Below are positions 1 through 12,464 of a DNA stretch of 51,070 bases, in pieces. Location of the stretch: contig NC_068982.1 in assembly GCF_001194135.2 (NCBI RefSeq), forward strand, positions 132,481,794 to 132,532,863, in the 5' to 3' direction. Position numbers and translations under genes: made by a program. This stretch comes from Octopus bimaculoides. Lineage: Eukaryota. Under the pieces are notes generated by a model. That model had not been told where the DNA came from. It searched no databases and worked only from the letters and a program-made list of their open reading frames with translations. The stretch's first letter is position 1, and each line of letters begins with the position of its first letter.

Positions 1-244
1 CTTGTGCGGGTGGCACATAAAAGACACCATTTCGAGCGTGGCCGTTTTCGTGCGGGTGACACGTAAAAGCACCCACTACACTCTCTGAGTGGTTGGCGTT
101 AGGAAGGGCATCCAGCTGTAGAAACTCTGCCAAATTAGACTGGAGCCTGGTGTTGCCATCCGGTTTCACCAGTCCTCAGTCAAATCGTCCAACCCATGCT
201 AGCATGGAAAGCGGACGTTAAACGATGATGATGATGATGATGAT
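1..244 (+). mobile_element. SINE/LINE-tail family A, 3' part with (GAT)n tail
   Basis: Ends with ccaacccatgctagcatggaaagcggacgttaaac followed by (GAT)n. The same terminus recurs many times in the window. CpGs are retained, so the copy is young. Confidence 0.85.
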
Positions 245-574
245 CAATGGGTGAATATTTAAGAGATAGATCAAAAGTTACTTTATAATAAACATCACCC
301 CCAGACATTTGAGGTGGGAGAGCAAACCAATTAAATTTACACCCTGCTATTCATCTTTTTTTAAAAATTTATCTTGTTTCCATCATTGGACTGCAGCCAT
401 GCTGGAACACTATATTGAAGGGTTTAGCCAAACATGTCAACCCTAGTTGTCATGTGGTGGTGGGGACAAATACAGTTTGGAAAAAATTCTCTTTTAATAT
501 ATATGACACAATTAATTGCTATTTAAGATCTTGTCTGAAAATTAAATATTTTTTGCATTGCCAAAAGAATTGTG

Positions 575-775
575 AAATCATAAAATGAACCTAGAAGTAG
601 ATCAAGAATGAAATGGTTGGGTAATATCCATAATCTCAGTTGGTCACATTCGGGAATCTAGTTGAAAAGTGTAATGAGGGTTTCTTCTGATTGAAACCTA
701 TGGAAGAGGTATCTGAAGATTCTAATCCCACAACCCTCCCAGGAATGCTGGGCAGAGATAATGGATGGATTGTCA
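575..775 (+). mobile_element. RTE-like LINE 3' fragment (decayed)
   Basis: Translates to PRSRSRMKWLGNIHNLSWSHSGI..DxNLWKRYLKILIPQPSQE, matching the RTE ORF2 C-terminal pattern (RPRxRWxD). Homologous to 3225-3640. Confidence 0.6.
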
Positions 776-858
776 AAACATCATAAAAATAGCTTTTGAC
801 GACTTATTGAACTTGGTTCAAAATGAATTTTGTAATATTTTTCACTCTACTATTTATA

Positions 859-1297
859 TTGATTTCAAATTTTGGCACAAAGTCAACCATTTTGGGGGAG
901 CAGTTAATCAATTACATTAATTCCAGTGTTTGACGGGTACTTATTTTATTAACCCAAAAAGGATGAAAGGCAAAGTTGATCTCAATGGCATTTGAACTCA
1001 GAAAGTGAAGATGGATAAAATGGTGTTAACCCTTTCGTTACTGTATTTATTTTGAGATGCTCTGTGTTTCTTTCAATTACTTTAAATATAACAAAGAATT
1101 TAGTAAAATAACTCAGTTATCATTCAGTTAGTGTTAGGAACATAAATTGTGACTAAGGTTTGGTGGAAGATTTTAATTCAAAACTTATGAAAACAACACA
1201 TTTGTACTTAGAGCCAGAGCCAGTTTCAGCTAGGTTGGTAATGAAAGGGTTAAGCATTTTTCCTGGAATGCTAACAATTCTGCCTGTTCACAGCCTT
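859..1297 (-). mobile_element. tRNA-headed SINE family B, interrupted by a MITE
   Basis: Reverse-strand family B motifs (ggatgaaaggcaaagttgatctc..atttgaactcagaa..aagcatttt). The copy is split at a TTAA by the 1030-1249 insertion. Confidence 0.8.
1030..1249. mobile_element. piggyBac-like MITE
   Basis: TTAA flanks at 1026-1029 and 1250-1253. Termini CCCTTTCGTTAC / GTAATGAAAGGG form an imperfect TIR. Confidence 0.85.
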
Positions 1298-3011
1298 TTA
1301 CTTTACTTTTAATATTCAGTCTTCCAAGCAGTAAATATTTTGTTGTTATTCTTAAATTTGTTCTAAAATAATAACCTAGTTTTAGCATTTACAAAAAAAT
1401 AACTCCATATTTTTCATCAAAGCCAAATATTTGTTGACAAAGCCCATTTTGATATATTAGTTTTGTATTTTGGGTGACAATGTCACTTCTTTTACTGACA
1501 TTAATTACTGCTTTAAGATTTGTAAATACAATTTTCAGAACTTGACCCATCATCAGGTTAATTCTGTACTCTTCTGTAACAAACATTGTCTTACAAAGCA
1601 GTGAATTCCATTAAAACTGTCTCAGTATAAAAACCTTTCTGATTTTCATCATGTAAATAGCACCTGTTATTCTTAAATGTTTATTTCCAACTAGGTATAA
1701 ATGTTTTTTTTAACAAACCAAACCTCCATAAAATGTGAGAGTTATATTCTATATGAGCCAATGAAGCAGCTTTTACATAACTCAATGAGGGTATCTCTAC
1801 ATGGCTATGCAACCTGCTAGCATAACGGTGGGAATGAAATGTGTTAGGGAGTGCAAACCCAGTCCCAACCTAGGGTGTTCAAAGCATTTTCATTAGCCCT
1901 AAAAATTTTAGGGGGCATGTTTGCATCTCCTGATCCTCCTGTCCTCAAGCCTACACCTGCTAGAAACAATAACTAGATCTTCTTTAGCTCATTCTTGTCT
2001 TAAAGAAAAGGAAGAGTACATTGAACAATATAAGACCTGATATTAGAAGAGGGAATGGCTATGATTGGAACACCTTTATTCATATACTGCTTGATCAGTG
2101 ATAATATGGAGTTAGCAAATAACAATAATTCTCATGCATTTCCTTGGTCTATTAACTGATCTTCAAATTGATATTAAGCTACAGAACCTTGATTATGATG
2201 TTTGTATTTTCATAACAAGATGAATTTGACAGAAACTTGGTCAATAGATTCTTGTCTCTTTGGAGCAAGCACACTTTATAACAGATATGTCCGTATACAC
2301 AAGAATTTATGTCTTAGTTGGCAGTATATAAGTCAAACATGTGGTAGGTCAGTGATTAGTATTCTATTACTTGCACTATCACGTCATAGAAAATGTGCCT
2401 TAACAGAAAATTTGCCCCATGCGAGCACAGAAAAGTGGCTGTTAAATGACGATGACAACATCAATGATGACAACGATGATGATAATGATGGCGATTACAA
2501 TGACAATGACAACAGCAATGACAGTATGAGTTCTCAATTGCCAAACCAGACGATGCATTGCAGCATTGTCAAATGATTCTTTACCCTACTTATGTACTGT
2601 TGAGAGTTGTCTTTAATTTACTTAGAACCATAGAAATTGGTGACAAGCATTACTAGAAAGAGCCTTGGAATTCATTAAAGAAAATACTCTTCATTTATCA
2701 GCAGGTTGTTTTTTGAATATCATATTGACTTAGGGCTGGTATATTGGGGAGTAGTTTCCTCATTAAATAAAGGCATGTCAGTGATGTTAAAGGGGTGTGT
2801 TATCAACAACTAACAATCAAAATTATATGCTTTCCTGAAGTTTCACCTTTTTTCTAATCAATGTGGTTGAACACCTAATCCCAATCAGCCAGGATTCACA
2901 GCACAGGTTGTAATACTCATCCTCTCGATCAAGGAATACAAACATGGCTCATGAGACCTCAAATTATTTTCCTGAGTCACCATCTCACCCTTGTATGCCA
3001 ATCCATAATAA

Positions 3012-3166
3012 AGTTACTCATTTACAGTTGAGCAACGTGAAGAAGTTGATCAATGCAAAATGAAGTGTTTTGCTCTAGAACACAATGCATAGCTGGTCTG
3101 GGAATCAAAATCACAACCTCACAATCTTGAGTGCATCACTCTAAACACAAGGCCACATGCCTTCAC
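3012..3166 (-). mobile_element. CORE-like tRNA SINE family D (decayed)
   Basis: tgaagtgttttgctctagaacacaatgca..gggaatcaaa..ccacatgccttcac is the reverse complement of a tRNA head plus CORE-like domain. Confidence 0.7.
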
Positions 3167-3224
3167 TTCACCTTCTACACAACTGCTCTCCTCATACAAA
3201 GCATCATACATTAAAACAGTCCAT

Positions 3225-3640
3225 CTCTCCAATACGTTTTTGCCACCCACTATTCTTGTGTGGATCATAGGGATAGAGTCCTCAGGGACTTCCTACATAA
3301 GGTCCTATCAGCAGCAACCACCATTAGCACTTTTAACTGGATTTCCATGAATGACCAACTGAAACTGTGGATATTATATTACCATCTCCTATCCTTAGGT
3401 CTCCTATCAGCTTGTTGGTTCGACTTGAAGAACCTATATTATGATCCTTTCCTGTGGCGTTCTAACCACATGTCTATTGTACTGGAGCAGTGATCTCTCA
3501 ATGCAGAGAAATAGTGGCTTGACCTGGAAAGACTCCCTGATCTCAAAGCCAGGTAACCTGTTGAGTAACATTAGTCCAGAGCGATGCTTGTATTCACAGT
3601 CTTCACCTATGGTCATTAAAATATTAGAAATTGGAAACCA
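3225..3640 (-). mobile_element. RTE-like LINE ORF2 C-terminus (decayed)
   Basis: Minus frames give IRESFQVKPLFLCIERSLLQYNRHVVRTPQERII..RRW..NIHSFSWS..VAADRTLCRKSL, matching the RTE RLRWxGHVxRM / RPxxRW region. Confidence 0.7.
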
Positions 3641-4835
3641 ACTATTCTGTTGATGTGAAAATATGGACAGAAATAGGTGTATATAACATATAGGTATGGA
3701 TAAGATAGAGAGCGTTCAGAGATGAATTTATATAAGAAAGTCGGGCATTTTCAGATTACATGGCATAAGACAGAGATGGCTTAGATGACAACTTAAATGC
3801 AGGCCAACAACAGTGAAGATGATATGGATGGTGATAATGATGACTGAAATGTGTAAAAGTATCCAGATTTCTCCAATTGAGCATTAGAAATATCTGTTGT
3901 AAAAAATAACCAATATAATAACCAAAACATCCAAGATAATAGATATTTACAAATGTGTGTGTATGTATACTTACGAAAATATTCATAAAAACCAAGAATA
4001 TTTATGGAAACATAAATATTTTTCTGTGAACACAGCAATTCTATTTTTATTATTTGTGATCAATAAAAGGAAACAAAAAACAGTTAATTGAATATGGAGG
4101 ACATGTCAGTTATGGAAAGCTAATCTAATATATATTTTTTAGCTACTTTCTTGCTGTGAAGAGAAATGACAAAAGATATTTCCCTCATGACCATCCTGTC
4201 TTTTTTATCATTGACAGAATGTGTAGGACTACATTATTCATTGCATCCTAACATTCTTTTTTTAAGACAGTAAGATGACGCTTGATTCAGAGTAATTTGG
4301 CTGCTATTTCTAGTCGGGTGAAGTTCTCTTGATTCATGTTATAATAATCATGTAAAGTGCCTTGATACCATGAAAAAGTTCAAAGAATGTTTTAACCAGA
4401 AAACAATCAATTTATATTCATTCTTTTTACATGCAACGAAATTTCTCAGAAGAATGATATTTTTTTGAATTTTACCAATATTTCTGCTCTGTTGTTGTTT
4501 TATTTTGTTTTGTATTCTTAAACTATTTTTGTCTACCTCTCCCCCCCCCCAACTACCAATTTCTTCATTTTCATTTTCTATCTTCTTTAGCTCTTATCTT
4601 CTCTGCTCACCCCTTTATTTCTGATAGCTTTATAATTCATATTCATCCTCCCCTTATCAGTCATTAAGATAGTGCTTCTGTGGCAATTGAGCTATTTTGA
4701 CTCTTATTTCAAGCAAGGCTGGTTCCACTTCGTACTCTCTGTCACATTAGTGACATCTATAAATTTGCCTTTAGGTTGTTAAATTGCTAATAAGCCACCC
4801 ATATTATTGGTATATGTATGTATATTTCAAAATAG

Positions 4836-4977
4836 TTAGAGAGGGCATCCAGCTGTAGAAACTTTGCCAGATCAGATTGGAGCCTGGTGCAGCCTTCTGG
4901 CTAGCCAGCCTTCACTCAAACCAGCCAACCCATGCCAACATGGAAAGTGGATGTTAAATGGCGATGATGATGAAGAA
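4836..4977 (+). mobile_element. Family A SINE 3' fragment
   Basis: gagggcatccagctgtagaaact..ccaacccatgccaacatggaaagtggatgttaaa followed by a GAT tail. Confidence 0.8.
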
Positions 4978-5055
4978 AAAGGCATGCTTTTTCGTTCACA
5001 ATTCATCATGCTTCTAACCTTTGTCTTTCTCTATATATATGTATATGTACACATG

Positions 5056-5112
<57 letters not shown>

Positions 5113-5512
5113 AGTCACACACACAATTATATATATATTGTTTTAAGCAGACCTACTGAAGAGAGGGCATCATCAATGAAGTCATGAAGAATGATCAAAT
5201 GTAACTGATTGATTGATTGATTTACTGAACAATCTGTCAAACAATTGATTAGTTAATTGATTAAATAGTTAACCAACTGACAAGTGAATAATAAAGAAAC
5301 AAAATACAACCAGTGTGCGTGTTCATTATTGGCATAATGACCCTCTTAAAATACAACAATTATATTATCATTAGCTGGCTCCGTGAGGCAAAGATGACGG
5401 CTAATTGTAGTATTTTATATATAAATATGGATGGTAAAGCCATCTAACCCATGCCATCATGGAACACAGATGCTAAGTGATTATGATGCTGATGATGAAA
5501 TTAATATCCCCA

Positions 5513-5737
5513 CAGGAGTGGCTGTGTGGTAAGTAGCTTGCTTACCAATGACATGGTTCCAGGTTCAGTCCCACTGCATGGCAACTTGGGTAAGTGTTTT
5601 CTACTATAGTCTCGGGCTGACCAAAGCCTTGTGGGTGGATTTGGTAGATGGAAACTGAAAGAACCCTGTCGTGTATATATANNNNNNNNNNNNNNNNNNN
5701 NNNNNNNNNNNNNNNNNNNNNNNNNNNNNNNNNNNNN

Positions 5738-5774
<37 letters not shown>

Positions 5775-5991
5775 GTGTATGTGTATATTTGTGTGTCTGT
5801 GTTTGTCCCCCCACCATTGCTTGACAACTGATGTTGGTGTGTTTGCATCCCCATAACTTAGCAGTTCAGCAAAAGAGACTGATGGAATAAGTACTAGGCT
5901 TACAAAAAATAAGTCCTGGGGTCGATTTGTTCGACTAAAGGCAGTGCTCCAGCATGGCCACAGTCAAATGATTGAAGCAAATAAAAGAGTA
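5513..5991 (+). mobile_element. tRNA-headed SINE family C with internal microsatellite
   Basis: Head ggagtggctgtgtggtaag..ggttcagtccc, internal (TA)n/(TG)n with a gap, tail gaataagtactaggcttaca..cagcatggccacagtcaaatga..aaaagagta. Confidence 0.9.
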
Positions 5992-6102
5992 TACATATAT
6001 TTATGAATAGCAAATACCATATTTGCTGAACCTTGTCTCTCATATGTTGCATTTATACTACATGTGTATGCATGTATGTATGTATGTATGTCTCTTCTAT
6101 TT

Positions 6103-6487
6103 TTTAATTATTATAAATCTTCCACTGAGGAGGGAATCGGTTTCTAACAAAGACACAAGACTCCATCTTTGGAATGTAGTTAACACAGACAAATTCACAT
6201 TTGGAACTTTAGAAAAGTCTTGCATATTTTTACTGTGCCACTCACAGATTGCACTTGTAATCCACAAATTAACCGGTTGATTTCTCTTTCTGAAAATCCC
6301 AGTTTATCCAAATTCTCCTTTAAGCATTTACTAACAAAACCTAGTGCTCCAATTGTTATTGGTATGAATATGAATTCATAGTCTGGATATAGAAGCTGGA
6401 GGTTTCGGATCAGTTGTCCATAGATATCCTCTTTTACTTTGATTTTCAAAGAGATATTTATATCTGCAGGGCAGCTGACTTTTATGA
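6103..6487 (-). mobile_element. RLE-type non-LTR retrotransposon (R4/NeSL/CRE-like) 3' end
   Basis: VSCPADINISLKIKVKEDIYGQLIRNLQLLYPDYEFIFIPITIGALG..GTVKICKTFLKFQM* is a restriction-like endonuclease C-terminus, followed by a short 3' UTR and an AAT-like tail. Confidence 0.75.
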
Positions 6488-6552
6488 TTGAATCAACTGG
6501 AACTCTCATCATTGTAACCGACGGAGTGCCAGTATGTGTGTATGTATGTGTA

Positions 6553-6583
<31 letters not shown>

Positions 6584-6624
6584 ATGTATGCATGTATGAA
6601 TGTGTGTGTGTGTGTGTGTAAATG

Positions 6625-6915
6625 AAGACACTTTATCTCATATTGTTCCAGTCTACCCAGGTAGCAAAAAGGAGTAGTACCTGTATTTCAAAGGGCCAGC
6701 CTTGTCACATTCTATGTCATGCTGAATCTCCCTGAAAACACTTTATGCATACATACATACATACATAGAGACTGGTACTACGTCGGTTACAACAATGAGG
6801 TTTCCATGTCTGTGGAGCACTTAGCCACTTGCATGTTAATTTCGTTAATTTTACAAGCAGGCTGTTCAATCGATTGGATCAACTGGAAACCTCATTGTAA
6901 CTGAATGAGTGCAAG
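6625..6915 (+). mobile_element. CORE-like SINE family D variant, 5'-truncated
   Basis: gacactttatctcatattgttccagtctacccag (CORE-like), with tail gatcaactggaaacctcattgtaac; the same tail occurs at 6488-6532. Confidence 0.55.
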
Positions 6916-8189
6916 CATGTATGTATGTATATACGTATGTATGTATTTATGTATGTATGTATGTACGTATGTATGTATGTATATATAAAATGTATGTGTC
7001 ATAATTTTAATCTGCTTTACATGCAGGTAGATTGTCACGGTGTTAGCCAGTTCTTGTTCAGAATTACTGCACTTCTAGAAAGGCCAGTGGACTACTCTTT
7101 GCACTTGAAACCACCCAAGAGGATCACACTATTTGCTAAAAGGACCTCACTACTTGCTATATTTGCTATCTTTGCTAATCCTAACAAGTCTTGGTATGGT
7201 TTCTATAGCTGGATACTCTTCTTAACACCAACTACTTTACAGAATGCAGATGTCCATTTTATCATGGTGCCAATACTACAAAAGTTATTTTGTCTTTAAG
7301 ACTAAAGGGCTCTCTCAATTCTGTATTTTTTGTGTTTCTGTTTATGTCAGTCATTATGTTATCTGATATATCCCATGCTCTAATGATTCTGTTAATCCAT
7401 TGCCCTTTAAGTACAGCAGATATGAAACCTTCCTTATTAGTTAAACAACTGTAAATTCACAAGTAGGTGTATACAAGTAGGTATATATGTGTTTCCATCT
7501 TTGCATTGACATAAATTATCAGGAAACATTCACCACATTCATGATGGAGCTTTCCTATTTGAAATATACTCTATTTTCAGTTTAGTGTCTGTATTTTTTT
7601 CTTCTCTTCTCCACGTAAATACATACACTCACAGATACATTCACATTAACTCAAATGCTACTATATTATCTTTAAACACGTGCCAAAGATTCAAATAACT
7701 GTGTAGTTGTTTTAAGTGAGTTAATATAAAAGTATAAAGTAAATTTTGAAGTTTTTTTCTAGAGGAAAAAATTATTGGTATATTTAGAATCAGACATGCA
7801 TTATTGATTAACAGTTCCATGAATACTTTCAAAAAAAGCAAATACAAGAATCAATAAGATTTTTTTTTTTTTTGCTCGAGTATATGTTGTTATTTTTTTG
7901 TCTTTTTCCAAAGCAGTCAGAAGAATTTAAAGGTCAAAGATGCAGAGCAATTGATCTTTAAAAGAAGAGTTAAGGATCCTTTTTACATACGAACACTGCA
8001 AAGCTGGGATAAACAAGACTAAAGCAATATTTATTTCATTTTACGTTTGTGAAAAGAAGGTGGAGATTAGACGTCAAGAGTTGACTGTCAAAGTCGTCTC
8101 ATGTCATGTTTATTTAGTTCTTGTTTAGTCTGGTTGTCTATGAGTGAAGCCTGGAAAGGGTTACAGTAACATAGATGGATGTGGTAGAT

Positions 8190-8495
8190 CTAATTAGCGC
8201 ACAAAAGGCTCAAGACACTGGAATGTATTTTATTTTGATTTTTAAATCTAAAGATGGATGAGGAAGAAAAAGAGGAAGTGGTGGTAGGACAGAGCGGACA
8301 GAGAGGGAGATGAAATGAGAGTGAAAGAAGGGAAGAAAGAAGAGGAGGAAGAAAAGGAGGATAGTCGTAGTGGAGGGGGAAAAGGAGGAGGGACTGAAGG
8401 GGGGGGGAAGAGGAGGGATGAAGAGGGAAAGGAAAAAGACAAAGGGAGAGATGGAGGAGAAGGTGGTGGTGGTGGTGGTGGTGGTGGTGGTTTAT
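8190..8495. repeat. Purine-rich low-complexity tract ending in (GGT)n
   Basis: GA/GGA-rich run, then a (GGT)n run at about 8462-8490. Confidence 0.9.
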
Positions 8496-8937
8496 GATCT
8501 TTTCAGAGTTCTCTCTCCTAAGCATTGGTTTAATTGGAATCAATTAGCATGATTGATGTTTGATTTGAATTATTGCAGGTTAGTAATTGGATCAGTAATT
8601 GAAGTGATGTAGGAAATGAGTTCCAGAGGGCTGGGCTGCAGTTTAGGAGTCAAAGAAACAAAGAAACTTTTTGGTACCAAGTCTGATTCAGTAAGACACA
8701 GAGACGTGTATCAGTTGTACTTTGGTAAAGGAAGATTAATTTTATAGTCAGAGGAGCAAAAATAGCAATTGTGCTTCTTTTAGTTTGAAAACACCTTAAA
8801 AAAAATAAAACAAAATATAATCGTTTTATTTCAGTGGTTCTTAATCTTTTGTAATTCAGTGTCCCCTTTTCACAGAACGGTGTTTTGCAAAGACCTCTTT
8901 CCATGTTTGACAAAAAAATGATAAAAAAACCAGATGT

Positions 8938-9325
8938 TTGCTTCCCAGCCACATGGTTCTGGGTTCAGTCTCACTGCATGGCACCTTGGGCAAGTGTCTT
9001 CTACTACAGACTTGGGCTGACCAAAGCCTTGTGAGTGGATTTGGTTGACAGAAACTGAAAAAAGCCTGTTGTATGTGTGTGTGTGTGTGTTTGTGTGTCT
9101 GTGTTTGTCACCCCACCATCGCTTGACAACCGATGTTGGTGTGTTTACATCCCCATAATTTAGCAGTTCAGCAAAAGAGACTGATAGAATAAGTACTAGG
9201 CTTACAAAGAATAAGTCTTGGAGTCGATTTTTTCAACTAAAGGCGGTACTCCAGCATGACTGCAGTCAAATGACTGAAACAAATAAAAAAGAATATATAT
9301 ATATATATATGCATGTATGAATATG

Positions 9326-9361
<36 letters not shown>

Positions 9362-9550
9362 ATGTCTCTGTTGCTGTCCCCACCTCATGACTTAGCAGTT
9401 TGGCAAAAGAAACTAATAGAATAAGTGTCAGGCTTACAAAAGGAAAGAAATATAAGTACTGAGGTTGATTCAATCGACTAAAATTCTTCAAGTTGATGCC
9501 CCAGCATGGCTGCAGTCTAATGTTTGAAACAAGTTAAAGATAAAAGAATA
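8938..9550 (+). mobile_element. Family C SINE followed by a second family C tail
   Basis: Body at 8938-9295, then (TG)n and a second tail module (gtccccacctc..aataagtgtcaggcttaca..cagcatggctgcagtctaatg) ending near 9550. Confidence 0.85.
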
Positions 9551-9750
9551 TTCTTTTCTACTCTAGATACAAAGCCTGAAATTTTGTGGGGAGGGGGCCA
9601 GTGGATTAGATTGACCCTAGTACGCAACTGGTGCTTAATTTATCGACCCCGAAAGGATGAGAGGCAAAGTCGACCTCGGCAAAATTTGAACTCAGAACGT
9701 AGTGACAGGTGAAATACTGCTAAGCATTTTGCCCGGCATGCTAATGTTTC
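9549..9750 (-). mobile_element. Family B SINE
   Basis: ttcttttctactctag..gaaaggatgagaggcaaagtcgacctcggcaaaatttgaactcagaacg..gctaagcattttgcccggcatgctaa. Confidence 0.9.
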
Positions 9751-10065
9751 AACCCATGTCAGCATGGAATGTGAGTGTAAAATGATGAGGATGATGATGA
9801 TCTTAGACAGTGGCAATGACAGTGGCTGGGGCAATGACAGTGGCTGGGGCAATGATGAAGACGATGGCAATGTTAATGACAACGATGACGATGATGATAA
9901 TTAGGTAACCTGGCCCATATGTTTCAGTGGTCGAGTAGTTAAATGGCTGGATCATTGGTCTGTTAGTTCAGTTCTTGCAAGCATTATATAAAAAATATCT
10001 TTGAGGAAGACATTATTCAACACTCTATCAGTCTAGTAAAAAAAAAATTATTTTATATTACACCA

Positions 10066-10632
10066 TCATCATCATCATCATTTAACGTCTGTTATCCATA
10101 CTAGCATGGGTTGGACAGTCTGACCAAGGCTGGTAAGCTGGAAGGTTGCACCAGACTCCAGTCTGATTTGGCATGTTTTTAGTATGCCCTTACTAATGCC
10201 AACCACTCCAAGAGTGTAATGGGTGCTTTTACATGCCACCGGCATGGATGCCATTTGCATGACACTGGTATCTGCCATGACTGTGATTCTGCTTGGCTTG
10301 ACAGGTCTTCTTCTCAAGTATGACATCATGCCAAAGGTCTCAGTCATTGCCTCTGTGAGGTCCAACACTCGAAAGGAACTCAGCCACTTTGCCCCTGTGA
10401 GGCCCAACACTCAAAAGGAACTCAGCCACTTTGCCCCAGTGAGATCCAAAGTTTGAAAGGAACTTGGCCACTTTGCCTCTGTGAGTCCCAACATTCAAAA
10501 GGAACTTTGCCACTTTGCCTCAGTGAGGCCTAAAGCTTGAAAGGAACTTGGCCACTTAACCTCCATGAGGCCCAATGCTTGAGAGGAACTCAGCCACTTT
10601 GCCTCTGTGAGGCCTACACTCAAAAGGAACTC
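10066..10632 (-). mobile_element. Family A element with internal 42-bp tandem array
   Basis: (CAT)n followed by tttaacgtctgttatccatactagcatgggttggac (reverse-strand family A tail), running into a minisatellite. Confidence 0.8.
10347..10632. repeat. 42-bp minisatellite, about 6.6 units
   Basis: Unit gtgaggcccaacactcaaaaggaactcagccactttgcccct repeated with substitutions. The ORF track shows the matching 14-aa periodicity. Confidence 0.95.
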
Positions 10633-11121
10633 AATTGGATGAACTGTTCCACAAGTTATGATGCAGTGTCATCCACAATAGGTTCTGATGGACATTATAG
10701 TATGATAAATTAAGTTGGTGAGTTGGCTGAATCATTACCAAGATGGACAAAACATGTTGTGACTGTAACTGAAATTGTAATTTGGACCTTGAGTATGAGA
10801 CTAATAGAATATAACCTGAAAATTCAGAGAAGAAAAGAACTCATAACTCGTTTTACTTGGGTAAGAGTTATATTATAATAATCAGCAAAACCAAAACTGT
10901 CCATTGCACAAACCCTGAGCAAGAATGCACACCTGAAAGAGAGATTGACTTCCAGGGACATGATAGACTGAACGCCATGTTCTTGTGCTAAAAATCTATT
11001 GGTCATCTTATCTCATCATGCTTGGAATTCTAGTAAATTATTAAACTAGAACTGTTCCACAAGTTTTATGATACAGTGTCATTCCCAATAGGTTCTGATG
11101 AACATTAAACTATGACAAATG

Positions 11122-11330
11122 AAGCTGATGAGTTGGCAGAAATGGTGGACAAAATGCTCAGAAGCATTTCTTCCACTTCTTTGTAATCTGGGTACAAATG
11201 TCACAAAGGTCAAATTTGCCTTTCCCCCTTTCATTTTGTCAATAAAATAAGTGCCAGTTGAGCAATGGGGTCAATGAAATCAACTTCCTCCACCCCAGAA
11301 AATTGCTGGTTTTGAGCCTAAATTAAAAAA
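11122..11330 (+). mobile_element. Family B SINE (old)
   Basis: gagttggcagaaatg..ggtcaaatttgcctttccc..gtcaataaaataagtgccagttgagcaatggggtcaatg..gaaaattgctgg. Confidence 0.7.
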
Positions 11331-12464
11331 AATTATAATGATGAATTTTCATGTTGATTTAGATAATAAACAAATGTTTCACAGTTAAATGCCTTAATTC
11401 TGTGTTTGTGAATATTTAATAAAATATAATCAATAGAAATTCTGTGTTGATATCATGTCTTGTGAAATCCAATGAAGAATGAAAAATAATAGTAAAAGAG
11501 AGAAAGAAAACATAATGACTAATTTCAATAGACAGAAATTTCAAAAATATTTCTCTCATCCACAGAAATTATACATTTTGGTAAATATGAATGTATATTG
11601 ATATTCTAAGTCTTCCAGTAATTTCTGTTTCCTAACATATGTTATTTGAGGAATCCCAATGAGCTGTCAGTCAGACTGTGTAAACTTTGGAAATACAAAT
11701 AGCAAATATAGTCATACTGTCATATTAGACTCTGCTAAATATTAATATTCCTTGTCAATGCTATTAAGATCATTTATCAAGTAACAGGAACTGTCATAAT
11801 GAAGAGGTCAATCCTAACAGGACTCTGTATTGCAATAATAAAATCATTCCCTTGCTTTGAAATCTTATATTGAATTTATTTTATCATATAGTTGTTTTCT
11901 TTTATTATATTATATTATGCTGCTTTGTTATATTACGTTTTTTTTCTTCTTCTAAAAGAAGTTTCTTCCTCATGTAACTGAATGAAACAATGTATGCCCT
12001 ACTTTCATTTTCACAAGAGCTACGTCAGCAAGTAATTATCACCTTAGTCTTTTGTTTCTCCAATTCAATGATAGACTGCAACAAAGAGCTTCTAACATAT
12101 ATGACAGACAACTGTCTACAGCTTTCAACTTTAATTTTTACTTAATAGATGAACGGTAAACATTCTTTTCCGTTCATTTGTAAAAACTATTGGAAATTTG
12201 GAAGGATGAATGCATCTCTTTTGAGTGGCTCAGTTGTTAAAATAGCTCACAGTTCAAGTAAATTTATAGAAAGAGCACAACTGTTGCAAGCATTTGGAAC
12301 CAAGCTAAATATTATTGTTCTTATCCCAAACATATTGTTTTTAGAATTTAATACATTAATCTAGCGATATTTTGTAATTTATGATCATAGAAATATATTG
12401 TAATAATATTAGGCAAAATTGATAATGTGTTGGATAAAGTATCATGTAGATTTAGTAATGCCTC

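Noticed and set aside
160-182. Minus-strand CTGAGGA-ctggt-GAAA in the family A tail, resembling a hammerhead core
   Set aside because: Only 5 non-pairing nucleotides lie between the core halves, so stem II cannot form, and other copies lack GAAA.
1515-1550. Minus-strand CTGATGA...GAAA
   Set aside because: Stem II is weak, position 17 would be G, and there is no stem I.
10347-10632. CRISPR-like appearance of the 42-bp array
   Set aside because: Contiguous tandem units with no unique spacers, no cas genes, and a eukaryotic context.
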